Assembly: GCA_976551045.1 (NCBI GenBank)
Contig: CDPCPM010000281.1
Coordinates: forward strand, 10,540,001-10,604,000
Source: Glaucostegus cemiculus
Lineage: Eukaryota
Reading direction: 5' to 3'
DNA: 64,000 nt
Shown here: piece after piece, positions 1 through 13,299 of the stretch
Layout: every line of letters starts with the position of its first letter
Position numbering within the stretch: position 1 is the stretch's first letter
Notes under the pieces: generated by a model
What the model was told of the DNA's origin: nothing
What the model saw: the letters and a program-made list of their open reading frames with translations, nothing else
Database searches by the model: none
Position numbers and translations under genes: made by a program

Positions 1-899
1 ACTACTGCCATTTACCATCTAAGTACAATGAGTTCAGGACTCCCCCCTGAATGTGGAAATACCAATCTTCCTTGTTGACAACTGACAACAACTATGTTGC
101 AACTATGCTGTTTTTCAACATTTACACCTTCTTGCAGTCTTATTTGTTTTAACAATTCAATAATTTTAATATGTTTAAATTGGATATTTCATTTTTTAGT
201 ATCTAAATGTCAGGGATATGCAACAGCATTGAAAACCCTTGACAACCTCGACAGACTGCAAAGCTGGAGGCCTGTCGCAGGTTTCCAGAGGAATTCCATG
301 GAGGGAAATTGTTCTGGCCCACCCTCATCATCCAATTGTGTTGCATGAGGCCCACATGCTACAGCAGACTTTGAGTCACAAGAGAGGCCATACTGACTTG
401 GATCATGAAAATTCAACTCAGTGAGGTATCTGAGCACTGAATGTGGATAGCAGGCACCACAAAGCAAAATCTGAACCCAGGACTTAAATTTAGAGAACAC
501 ATTACTTCCTTCACTTCTTGTGTGGATTCTATGCTGCTCCAGTGCTGGCTACTAGATACACAATCTTCAGATTAACTTTCTGTTATTTAGCTGCAGCATT
601 AAACATCACCTTAGCTGCAACATTAGATATCAATGTAAATTCTTCACATTTTTATTATCTTGAATTTAATGAATTTAGACTACTGCAAAAAAAAATTACA
701 TGAAAAAAATTGGGAATTCAACAAGGATGTTGTGGTGACTTTGTGTGGAATCAGTGTATTTAAAGGTTATCAACTTGCAAGGACTATAAACCCTTTAATT
801 TCTATTAACTTTAAATAATCAATTTTGAATAAAATTGTTAATGGTATGTCAGTTTTTGTAATTAGTTGGAGAAATGGGAAGGCATTCATTTCTCAGAAA

Positions 900-1000
900 A
901 AGCAAAAAAAAACCTGGAGATGCCAGAAATCTGAAATGTAAACAGAAAATGCTAGAAACGGACTTAATATTTTGGGTCTCAAACCCTTCGTCAGAACTCT
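900..1000 (-). repeat. Short Penelope-tail-type repeat; related short copies near 5515-5610, 17185-17265, 21990-22055, 39650-39725, 42010-42130
   Basis: Shared motifs (g)atgctggaaatctgaaat..aaacagaaaatgctggaa and cctgctgagt..tccagca. Confidence 0.65.
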
Positions 1001-1204
1001 TCATTCTGTAAACCCTGAAATGGAAGACAGAGAACTTGGCTTTCTTTAAAGATTTCAGAGCTTATTAAGCAAATTTTGACCTGCTTTCCACCTGGGAGAA
1101 TAAACATGCCTTCCTTTAATAATTTTAACTATAAAAAATTAACCTTGATGAAGCAGGAACATATGGTAATATTTTTCTGCTAACAAACTAATATTCAAAC
1201 TTAC

Positions 1205-1315
1205 CTTAATTTCAATGAAGTCAGGTTTTCCAATCTCTATCAGGTCAGCATAAGATCGAAGTTCATCCACATTCCAGGCCTTTACTAAAGTTAATCTATA
1301 TACTGTACGCTGCTT
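1205..1315 (-). CDS. TYW1: TYW1 exon, 111 nt: KQRTVYRLTLVKAWNVDELRSYADLIEIGKPDFIEIK
   Basis: tttcttgcag|AAGCAG...ATTAAG|gtaagt. Overlaps ORF 1139..1333. The gene continues beyond the left window edge. Confidence 0.98.
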
Positions 1316-3715
1316 CTGCAAGAAAACAGACAAAAGTACTATTTAATGTATTTTTTAAAATCAGATTGCATTTTTCTATGTATTTGGTGACTTATTTTGG
1401 CAAATTTGTTTTTGAATTGCCCTACAGTGTCAAATAAATGCATGTTTTTGCTAATATGCAAATCTGTGATTGGTAAAAAGATGTACTGTGTGGGTACGAA
1501 GCAGTGGGAGTTCATCCATTTTGACTCCCATGCTGTGAGAGAAAACTGCTCAGATTTATAAGACATTTTTACTGGGAAGCTATTCACAATTCTCAGATTA
1601 TTGAGACAAATTCAAATTATTTAGGTCCAGTAGCTGTTGTCATCAGATTCAAAAGCATGTGATCACCATTTGGATATCTGAGTTTATGGCTTGTGTTTTT
1701 CATTAACCAAGATCAATAAGACTTTTTGGGGAGGAAAATGGAGAAAATAGCAGAATATTATACCCAAATCATCAGTACTTTCAACAAAATTGAATTCTTA
1801 GCTTTGAACATTTGTTTCTTCACACCTGAATTTTCATTCAAGCTCATTTGCATTTCACCAAATGTAAAACTTGAGGCAGAGGGCTAACAGGATTTTGCTC
1901 ATATTTTCCTGGAGTAAGATCTGACATCCACAACTAGTGATTTGAGAAACACTTAGCACAGCATAACAGTGGTTATAAAAATGTAGGGTAATGCTGAGAA
2001 AATTGAAGAATACATGTGGAGATTTACCATATTCCTGGGGATAATGTCAAAGTGAGTCAGCGATCAGAAAATGGGAAAGAAAGCAGTCAAGTTTAAAACT
2101 TTGGGAGAATTCAAGTGTAACTAAGATAGCAAAGTTAGATTTTATCGAAGTATTGAATACTGCAGCTCATTTAGCTATCTATATAACAATCAATGTGTAA
2201 CATCTGGAATACAGGACTCTATACAGAGCTAGAAAGAGATCAGGTGATTGGAAGAATTTTGAAAATAAACCTAAATGCAATAGCTCCCTGAACATCATGC
2301 TAAAATTAAATACAGGATTTTTTTTTCAACAGGTTCCCTGCCTCCCCTTTCAATTTAGAAAGCAGCCAGGGAAGTAATGCAAGATAAATCTGACATTGTA
2401 GAAGATACAGCAGTGGGGGTGGGGGGTGGTGTCAGACACTGCGAGCAGAAGTGGGAGTCGGACATTGCATCTCCAGTGAAGCAAAAGCACAATGAGACTT
2501 GGTCTCCTTTTGTGCTATGTTCTACATTTTTTGTGGCTTATGTTCACAACATAGTATAAGTTCCAACCATAAATCTCTATTCCAATATGATTACTACATC
2601 ACTCATAAATGCTCAAAAAGTTTGACAAGAGTCAAGAAGAATTTTTATTGTCCCTTTCAAGTAATCAAATTAGCTGCTACAAAAGCATTTTTACATTGGG
2701 CTTCTTGTACTATAACTCACAGCTGGTATTTCCATATTAAACAGTCATAAATTTTTAAAGAATTCCGTTAGAGATATTTGTCATATGAAGCCGAGATTTC
2801 CCAAGCCGAATAACCAACTCCAACTCTTCCCACATTCAGTAGTACTTTATTCACACTATTCTACAGTAAAATCTGCTCACCTATTCCTATTCTTCCCTTT
2901 GCCCCCCAAAAAAGTTTCCATCTTCATTGTTTTCAAGCTTGTCCTCAACCCTGCAACATCTTCCAGTTATGTGTGATGATGTGCTAAAGGAACCATGGCA
3001 AATAGGTGAAAAAAGGCAGGAAAAAGCATAGGATGTAAACAGCATTTCCCAATGAGCCAATGATCTCTCTCTGATTTTGGTATAATATCAAAATCTGCAG
3101 GGGACAGAAGAATAAAGTAGTCTTACCCTGAAAGTGAACTAGAAGTAAACTGAAGACACAGGCAAATTAATATGAGTGAGTCTGTATTAAATGAAATATG
3201 GAAAATGTAGGCTGGTCCATTTATTGGAAGAGTGAGAAGAAAAAATATGTATTGTACCGTAAAAGTTTGTAATGAGTGAAGAAACCAACAAATGGGACAT
3301 TTCTCTCTACAAATGAGAGGATCTCAGATCAATTTTAACAACTTAGCTATATTTCTTATATTTAATGAGAGGTTCTAGAAAAGTGCAAAATTAAAGAGTT
3401 AATGCTAAGCCTACGTATATAAATCTTTGGTTCAGCCAAATATATAATACTGTGCCCAGTTTTGGGTGTCTTGTTTTAAGGAGGCTGCCAAGTCCAAGGG
3501 AAGGTGAACAGAATAAGGTGATAACTGGGCTACATCCAGACCAGAGAACTGCTTCACTTTTCATTAGAAAACAATGCATACAGGAGATCTTATGGAGGAG
3601 TTCAAAATTATGAGGAGTTTGAAAAAGGTAAATTATGAATAAACACAACCACCATTGGATGAATTTGTAATGAGAAAGCAGAAATTTTAGAATACAGAAA
3701 AAAAGGAAAGGATGA

Positions 3716-4240
3716 AAGGGCTCTACTTCATTAGGAGTTTGAGGAGATTTGGTATGTCACCAAAAGACTCTTGCAAATTTCTACAGATGTATGATGGAGA
3801 GCATTCTGTTTGGTTGCATCACCACCTGGTATGGAGGCTCCAAAACACAGGAACGAAAGAGGCTACAGAGGGTTGTAGATTCAGCCAGCTTCATCACGGA
3901 CACAACCCTCCCTGCCATCCAGGACATCTTCAAGAGGTGGTGCTCAAGAAGGTGGCATTCATCATTAAGGACTCTCACCATCCAGGACATGCCCTCTTCA
4001 TATCACTACCATCTAGTAGGTACAGGAGCCTGACAACTCACACTCAACAATTCAGGAACAGCTTCTTCTCCTCCACCATCAGATTTCTGAATGATCCATG
4101 AACACTACCTTGTTATTTCTCTTTTGTACTATTTATTTAACTTACAGTAATTTTTATGTCTTTATGTCTTGCACTGTACTGCTGCCACAAAACAACAAAT
4201 TTCATAACATATGTCAGTGATAATAAACCTGATTCTGATT
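3716..4240 (+). mobile_element. 5'-truncated Rex1/Babar-like LINE (post-RT C-terminus and 3' UTR)
   Basis: LYFIRSLRRFGMS, TLANFYRCMMESILFGCITTWYG, IIKDSHHPGHALF and FRNSFF across frameshifts. Ends aataaacctgattctgatt. Confidence 0.85.
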
Positions 4241-7200
4241 TTGAAATCGTAAAAGATTGTTAGGACATTCAGAGACATAACAGAAATAGAGTTGAAGCTT
4301 TTTAAGAGTTTATGTATTATTAAAAAGAAAAAAAATATTATATGCATTGAATTGCTTCATAATAGGAAAAGAGTTGTACAATTCAATGAATATTCCTCTC
4401 TTCATCCATATATTACATGCTGGCTTACAATTAATCTTACTGTACTTAGACAGCTATTTAGTACGTTCACCGAGAATTAGGACAAATGGACACTGCACTG
4501 TGCAAGGTCATGATACTGAATACACACAATGGAAGATTTTTGTTCACAGTCATTTTTTGGATCGTGTCCAATGCTACACTGATTGTCCATCCCGAACTGC
4601 CCATGAAAAGTTGGTGTGAACCGTCTTCTTGAACTGTTTGCAGTCTTTTTGGTGAAAGTACTTCCACTATGCTGCCATGTCAGGACTTCTCAAATTTAGA
4701 CCCAGCGTCAATTTATTTCCATGTCAGGATGGAAGATGACCTGCAGGTGATGGTGTTCCCAGATTCCTGCTGCACTTGGTCTTCTCAATTCTAAAGGTCA
4801 CCAGTTTGGGAGGTATTTATTGTTGTACTTAGTACTTAATGCAAGTGTGGAATAAAAAGTCTGTTTACAAAATGTTGTCAAGTGATGTCAAGCCTAAAAG
4901 GGTAACTACTTCAGATTTGAACATGCGATTAATATAAAGGACATAAGAATTTGGAGCATGGGCAGGCCTTCCAGTCCTTTGAGCATGCACTGCTGATTTT
5001 CAAGATGACTGCTCTGCTACCCCAGTTCCATTTTCCTGCAGCATCCTCTTATCCTTTGTTCCCTCAGTATCCAGAAAACATTGATCCCTAAGTGAATGAA
5101 CTCAACTCCACAGTCCTCCAGGGCACAGAATTCTAATGATTCAACCAGCTTTTAATGAAGAAATTTCTCTTTATTTCAGTTTGAACTGTCTACCCTTTAT
5201 GAGACTGTAATCTAGGTTGTACTTTCCTCAGTCAGGGGAAACATCTACTCAAGGCCTTTTAAGTTTCAATGAGATCACTTCTTGTTTCTCTAAACTCCAG
5301 CGAAAATACGCCTTGTCTACTCAATCCCTCTTCATATGGCAAACCTGCCGTCCAAGGAATCAGTCTGTTGAATGTTCATTGATTCTCTCTATGTCAAGTA
5401 TATCCTTTTTAAGGTGAGGAGTTAAGTGTATCTTTTGTTTACTTAATACGCACCAAATTAAACAACTGAGAAACCTACTCAAGTAGAGTTTTGTTTAACC
5501 AATCAAGGACTTACACTGAAATAAAACAGGAAATGCTGGAAACACTCTGCAGGTGAGGCAGCATCAGTGGGAAAAGAAACAAAATTAATGCTCCAAGACC
5601 CTTTGTCACCTAGCTTGGAATGTAAGTTCTCTACTTAAAAGCACACTCCAACTACCCCAGTCAAGAAAGTTTAGGCATAGGCTGACTGTAGCAAGGATTA
5701 AGGACCCAATGTGTGAAAAAGACCACTGCTGAATTTTAGCTAGCTAACAAAACCAAAATCACAAAGCCTACCAACACAGTGCTTCAGGCAGCATGTCTGG
5801 TCAGAAGCACTTTATATAGAATGCTGGCTTCTAACTCTCCTGGAGCTGAATTGAAGGAACCTCAAGTGTTAATCCTGGGGCAATTACTAAAGTTGACCAA
5901 CCGTTCAATTCACAATAGCCCCCTGAAATACTGTTAATCTGCTAACCCAAGTATTAGAGTGGAGTCCCTCACAGAGTTCCCTTGATTTCATTTTTTCATT
6001 GCCAGGTGTCAAGTTGGAGCCAAGCAATTCTATTTTCTTTCATCTCCACCCTAGGATGACATCATATATAAATTGATATAGATAACTTACCTGGATAATG
6101 ATATCAAATACAACTGTGAAAGAGGGAAAAGTGGAAACAATATTTGACTAACTCAATTTAGGACCGGTAGCAAGGAGTGATCAATAAGTGGAACAGAAGA
6201 GTGGGAGACAAAACCTTATTTCAAATCAGTTAATAAACCATAGTTTAGAAATTAGTTAAGAAAAAAGTCACCCATCTATATTTTATTGTGTGCAAATGCA
6301 TAAAATATTTGCACCTACTTTGAAGTGTTTTTGCCCATTTCTAGTTGAAGTTTCATCCACTGGGAAACTGGAGCAGGCACTTCCTGTCATGATTCATCCT
6401 AACATGGGTGTCATTGTCCCATTGTCAGTTGTGCACATACAGATGTCAATACGTGTCACGTTTCTGATTTATTGCCAGAAACCAAATCAAAAGATTGTAA
6501 CCTATGATCTTCATTATAAACTCAGAATGAAACAAGAGGCAAATCACACAGCAAGCCAGACTCCAATTTGCAATAGACAAAGACGGCAGCATTTCCACAC
6601 TGTGCACCTCATTGTGTAATCTGTCGTCCTAATGCCCATGATGCAGGTGGCCATATCACAACTTGAGGCTTCTTCATCGTGTGCAGGCCTCAACTTAGTC
6701 CAGCATCCCCCATCCTGCTCCGTTTTCCCTCACTCCATGACAGCTTGTATGGTCGCCACGAGGAGTACACTTTAATGGTGGTAACCCACTTCCCAGTGAA
6801 CGAGTCAGTTACATGGAGCTCAGCAAGCAGCTGCCTTTTGTGAAAGTGCCAGTAACTGGGAGAAAATAACAGAAATTATTTCTTATTTGATAATTTCTGG
6901 ATGTCTCAAAGTTAGCTTTATTTTTGGTGGCCTCCAATTTGGCACTGGGGCAAAAAGAGTACCTACTTAGCACATGAAAACTGGTGAAATCCAATGTCTC
7001 AGCTTGTAATGAAGCAAACATTTTATTCCTGGTTGGATATGCTAAGATCAAACAAGCAACTTTTGCTAAGTATAACTATCATGCAATCAATGATCAACCA
7101 AATATAATTACAACTGGCCTCAAAAGGAGTGTATTAACTGTATCCACCCAAGCTTGAGCATCAAAGTCTGAAAATAGATAATTGTTCAGACACTTAATTT

Positions 7201-10200
7201 TCACTAATAGTATCCTATCAAAAGCCAGAAAGTAGGTCAGAACATTGTTGCATGCAAAAGAACACAGGCATGGAAATTAAATCACTTGCACTGTTTTTGT
7301 GCACTGTATAATCAACTTTCAATGAAAAATGAAACATTATTGAAAATAAAGAACTTCACTCAAGTTGCATGAAGCCAGCGATTCTCACCCCGTGTCTCCT
7401 GTGCATTAAAGTACATGTGCAGTGGCATTCAATGGCATGCATGCCTAGAGGTTCTATTCGTAATCTTCTGAAATTCACATGAAGCTCACTAAGGAGGCTT
7501 TCTCCAGCTGAATCCTACCCCAGTAGGTTCCCTCCACCTGGCTCTCTTTTAAAAACTCTAATGCCCCGACACCTTGGGATGACTTCCACACCCACCCAGG
7601 CTTGAACATCTCACTTGTCACCCAACTCACTAAATTTGCCGACCTGACCTCCTCCCCAATCATGTCAGACAGCCATCAAACCCGCCCCCATTCCTCACTA
7701 AACTAATGTACCAATTCCAAAATGACCAAATGGACCATCTCACTACCAAGCCTAACTCCTTCCCGTACCTGACCAAATTAATCTCTCCCTGATTTCAAAA
7801 CCGACCTACAATTACCAAGACTACATCCCGCTCTCTGATTAACAATGGTCACCCACCCCAATTACCCGGGTAAATCTGCCATCACTCCCGACTACCTTCC
7901 CCAGTGACCCCTGGCATGTGACCCTACCCCTGATTCTGCTCCCCATCCATCAGCTCTCATCCCCAACCCACTTCCCCTGCCACCCCAAAGCCCTGGCCTT
8001 GAACTTAGCTGATTTCCACATTGGTGAAGCATGAAAAAGAAAAGGTCTTTGAGCGTTTACAGCCTGCTCGGTGGTACGACACATCTTGAGCTTCCTGCTA
8101 TTGAATTTTTCAGCTCTCAAACAAAACATTTGTTGACCATTGTGATCCATCTAATTACTGTGTTAATTTCTCTGCACTGTGAATGCTAAAATCTGATCTT
8201 GTAAATCCAGTGATCTTGGCCATGCTGCCAAACATTGATGGTGAAAGTAATTCCTGAAAGCAAATCCATAGTTCCATTGTAAAAACATACTCAAAAAATT
8301 CCTCTGCACACTACTCAAAATGACTAAACTTGTGCACAATCTGTAAATTATATACATGATAAAAATGGTGCATTTTTCCTAATACTCCTAACATGAAAGA
8401 CAAAAACTGAATTAATCATTTTAAATAACATGTCATCAAATAAATGAGCGAGAAAGAAAGGACAAAGAACAGTTATGGTTCTGTTTCCATTGAAATGGTG
8501 CTCTAATTCTTATTTTGCATCCTCTATGAGCACTTGCTTATGTCATCTAAGCAATCATGACTTCATTTACTTGGCTACAGATTAAGCATACATAAAGCAA
8601 AATAAAGACAGACCAAAGATACAAGAATGTGCTGTTAACAGTATCCTCAGAGGGTGCAGAATACTAACATAAAGACTATTGTTCTTCTTACTGAATTTAA
8701 TTTTAAAATTGAACTTTAAAATTTAAATTCATAACACAGATTCTATTCAGGCCATTTCTCCATATATTAAATAGGTGTAATTAATTCATATTGTAAAGAT
8801 TCTAAGCTTTCTCAAAGATGTTAAGTACAAGTATGAAGAACAATGAAGATCTCTTTGCCAGTGAAATGCTTGTCACCCAGCAGTCCACTTCAATAAATAG
8901 TTTCTGTTTGTGAGCATCATTGATTTTTCAGCAATCTTTTCTCATCATCACTTGGTCTGCTGCACTGAATCCAAGACTAGGCACTTCCCAATTCTATAAT
9001 CCCCTTCAATCAATGTCAGATCTTCCACACTGCTCATCAGCACAGATCCCTTCCAGCCAGAAGAATATCTTAATTGATATCTGATTTTGAAGTCCAACTA
9101 CATTTGCACTGTCGGTCATATTAATCAAGATTTTAATCTTGGTATAACCTTTATATTGTTCAAATCACATTGAAAGAATTCACCCTTTCTTTCACATTAA
9201 GTTTATAGCTTTGTTTATGATTGAACTAATAAATTCCAAGGTGGTACACTCAACAAGTGAATTCTCATTAGCACCTTTCCAAATATTAATGATGTATAAT
9301 TAAAAATAATACAATTTATCCCATGACTGAAAACAATATTTTTCTCTCATTCTCTGTCACCTGCCCCTCTGCATGAAAGATGTTGGCTCTTTACAGGATA
9401 GTGACGGCTGGGTTTTAATCCTAACACATAAAAATTACATTATGGAAATTTACAGCCAGAAAAACATGAAACATTAGGTGACTAGAGCTTAGTGATCTTC
9501 AAAATTTAGGGCTTGCATATTAAATAGAAAAGACTTTTGTGGCAATCAATGGGAAGAAGACAAAATAGCATAGAGTTGCAAAGACCACTTCGTGTGTGAG
9601 CTGGATATAAGGTGTCAACTGAAACTTTGAAACTATGATGAAGAATTGATTCTACAAAAAGAACAGTATTTTAAACTTTATCACAGAAAATGCAATTCTC
9701 TTTTAAAGCAATGATATGAACCCAATATTAACTCAGTCCAAATAATGAGGAGCACTTCACAGAATTTATTCTCAGAAATCTGGTGTCACTGCTGTACCTA
9801 TTCATCATCGTGCTTACGCGGCCGACAAAAACACCAATTAGCTCATTAGTGTAAGCAAAGTTTACACACCTGCCTATTCATTATCCTTGCCATAATTGTG
9901 ATGTCCAAGGCTTACCCTAAGTAAGATATATGTTACATTTTTCTTCTGATTTTAGTTAGACCAACTGAAATCAAAGGACTGGCTGCTCACTGTTCTGAGC
10001 TGTTGTCCTATTTAGGTACAATAAATAAGAAATGTGATAGGGTAGGACTACTTTTAACCAGGACAGAATTTCTGTTTGATCAGTGTGAAACTTATGCATG
10101 TTATGGTCCGGCTAGACATAATGTTTCATAAAGAGCATGGCAAATGTAGTAAATAAATTCCCTTTACATTCTTAAGTAATTTTCACTTGCCAGTTCCAGT

Positions 10201-11084
10201 TGCATCAAATTTTTAATGCTGTTAACCAGCTTGTTAAGAAGGTTAGAGCTCTAAGATTTATAACTTTGATCCAAGATGGCTGAGCTGGCTGCATCAACCT
10301 GTTAAAATCCACACTATTTCACATGAGCAATATTTATCCACCTTACTTGTTACAGCCTCAAGAAATTCAACTAAGTTAATGGATATGACCTTCCTTAACA
10401 AATCCACACAAACTGTGATTAATCTGTGTGGCTCTAAATGGCATGAATACTGTCCCTTTATGAGTGTTGTTTCTTCCTGATAACTTGGCCTCCATCAACA
10501 TTAGGGTAACTGGCCTTAAGTAACTATCTACTGTGACTCAACAGAAATCCAATCCTCCAGATATAATGGGAATCTGCAAAACTGTGGTCAGCACGTCAGT
10601 GTCTCCTCTCTTGCTTCTTGTGGTAGATAAATTGCCAGTTTGAGTAAAAAGGCTGAACCCCAAATATTTCACAATTATTTCACATTTCAACATCCAGGGA
10701 GATCCAGACAGAAGTCCTTTCTCTTGCCATAATCATTGGGTCTAATCATAAAGTATCCAGTATCCCATCCAGCATTTTCCCAGTACTTGATGTCAAGCTA
10801 ACAGGTCTGTCTGTTGCTCTGTCTCTTTCCTGAGTACTGTTATTGAACTTGCTACTTTTCAATCTACTGGAAATGTTCCAGAAAGTTCCAGATCTTCAGT
10901 AGATCTCAACTAATGCATTCACCTTCTCTGCAACCAACTCTTTTAGAAGCCTCAAATGTAAGCTATTGTTTGTGAACTTTATTTTCCTTGGTTTCTACAC
11001 TGTTTCTCATTTGAACTATTAACTAAAATTCATCACAGTGATTAGATCCTTTCGTATTCATATTTTTTCTTTTGATATAGACTA

Positions 11085-11386
11085 CAAAATTCAGTCCCAT
11101 TACACTTATGCTGGTTTCCAGAGCATTCCATGAGCTTATTTCCTAGTAATCTATTTTTTCTCATATGCCCACAATTCTGCTGCCATCCTCCAACATTACG
11201 GGTAATGTTCAATGGCTGATTAACCTACCAACTCACATGTTTTTGGGAACCAGAGTATCTGGAGAAAACTCACATCACAAGAAGAATATGCGAACTCCAC
11301 ACAGACAACACCTCAGGTCAGGATTGAACCTAGGCCACTGAACCAAGAGACAACAGCGCCACCTATTACACCACTGTGCCATCCCA
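11085..11386 (-). mobile_element. tRNA-derived V-domain SINE (HE1-like)
   Basis: Minus strand: GGGATGGCACAGTGGTGTAATAGG (A box), GGTTCAATCC (B box), then the V-domain-like TGTCTGTGTGGAGTTCGCATATTCT...GTGAGTTTTCTCC. Confidence 0.75.
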
Positions 11387-11629
11387 TGCCTTGGTTCCTC
11401 AATATCTCTTAGACCCTTACTGCATCTTTCAAAGTGAAGACAGGTATAAAATATGATGCCTGAGCAAAATTAATCTCTCAGGTATTTGATCTATTGTTTG
11501 AACATCACAGTTATTCAGTGAGGTTGATAAATATTCACAACTTCTCAAGTACCTGGAGAGAATTAAGTTTCCGTGTGTTAAATCCTACTATTTTGTGTCT
11601 AAGGTTTCAAATCAACTACTTATCATTGA

Positions 11630-12380
11630 GTCAGAACGGTTACAGCACCAAAGGAAACCATTCAGCCTTATGTCTGCATAGGATCTCTACTAGAGTGACT
11701 CACTCGTTCCATCCCGGTCCTTTGCCCGGAGCTTTGCAAATTTTCCTTGACCATATTCCCTCTTGAACACCACAATGAACCCTGCTCTACCACATCCGCA
11801 GGCAGTGCACTCCATATTCCAACTACACATTGCATAAAATACACTTTTCTCACATTGTTCTTAATTCTCTTCCCCTTTGTTACAACTGTGATCTCGAGTT
11901 CTCAATCTTTCCTCAAAAGGAACAACCTCACTCTATCCAGACCCATCATTTTACATACCTCTATTAAATCTCACGTCGGCATTCTAGTTAAAGAAAAGTG
12001 CTAGCCTCTCTAATCTATTCTTCTAACCTGTTCATTCCAGGAACATTCTTGTAAATCTTTTCTAAACACTCTCTTACACTCTTCTTATAATGTAACAACT
12101 GGAATTGAACAAAATACCCTAGCTGCAGCTGGACTAGTATTTTAAAGAGATTTGGCATGACTTCCCTACTTTGTGCTTTTACCAATAAAACCCAAAATTT
12201 TGTATGTCTTATTAACCATCTTCTCAATCTGCCCTGTCATGTTCAATGATTTGTGCATACATACCAAGGTCCCTCTGCTCCTGCACCCTTTGTAGAAGTG
12301 TCCTTTATTTTATACTGCCTTTCCTCCTTCCTCCTGCCAAAATGCATCACCTCACATTTCCCTGCATTAAACTTCATCTG
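11630..12380 (-). mobile_element. CR1-type LINE 3' fragment
   Basis: MKFNAGKCEVMHFG, SREVMPNLFKILVQLQLGYFVQF and FMQCVVGIWSALPADVVE (ORFs 12015..12227 and 11668..11853). Confidence 0.8.
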
Positions 12381-12381
12381 G

Positions 12382-12486
12382 GTAGCGAGAAGTATAGACA
12401 GAGTCGAGGGAGGGGAGGCTAGTTTCCACAGTGTGCTGAGCTGTCTCCAGTTTCTTGCGGTCCCGGGCAGAACAGTTGCCGTATCA
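12382..12486 (-). mobile_element. Rex1-like LINE fragment
   Basis: Minus strand gives YGNCSARDRKKL...TSLPSLDSVYTSR, homologous to 62395-62460. Confidence 0.65.
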
Positions 12487-13299
12487 ATTGGAACATGTGG
12501 TAAAAATAGAAAGTGGGGCTGTGTAATTATATAAATTAATGGCTTCCACTTGGTATTTATTATTCAAGTGGAGATCTGTGGGGTGTGAAGTGCAGTTAAA
12601 AAAAACATAGCTGAAAAGGGGCACAACAAATAAAAAATTGGGTAAAGGCATTCCATATCCATCAGGGCACAGCACAACTACTTACCGAGCTGGCTGTGTC
12701 ACAAGGAACACTGCTGCCAGACTGGCCCTTGGTGTACAGTGAGAGAACCAACATCTTACCCTCAACTATCTAACAATCACAGACACATTTGTCTACAAGA
12801 GCATTTACAGCAGTGATGACTTCACAGTCCTTGTGGAGATGAAGCCTTGTCTGTATACTCACAACAGTTTCCAGTGTGTTGGAGTGGCATGTACATTGTG
12901 CTAAATGGGACACAAAGAGAATTGATCTAGCAAATGTAATTGTCATGAGGGGATCAGTGGCAGAGTGTGGTCCACCACGATCTGTAGCCTTCCTTCCTGG
13001 CAAGCCTTCATTCTATCTTTATCATCAAGGCAGGCAACCAATCCTTGTTTAATAATGAATGCCAGGAACAGGACCAGCTGAACCTGCACATGGATGACAG
13101 GCCTGGAAGCTAGAAAATAGGACTTTAAGTAAGCTAATCAGTGAGAGCCAGATATTTTAAACAAACTCATACCCAATTGATCAGGTCAAAACTCTGCACA
13201 TCCAGTCAGGAATAGCAGAGGACATTTAAAAACCTAAAAGGAAAAGCTGAATATCCCTGCTATAAATGAGGGCTAAGACCAGCTAGTCTGCAAGTGTCC

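Noticed and set aside
6085-6100. U1 snRNA 5' end (ACTTACCTGG)
   Set aside because: Similarity stops after 10 nt. It is just the reverse complement of a splice donor.
7440-8000. C-rich strand-skewed block (similar at about 45150-45360)
   Set aside because: No periodicity, ORF or termini I can define. Probably a low-complexity part of an old repeat.
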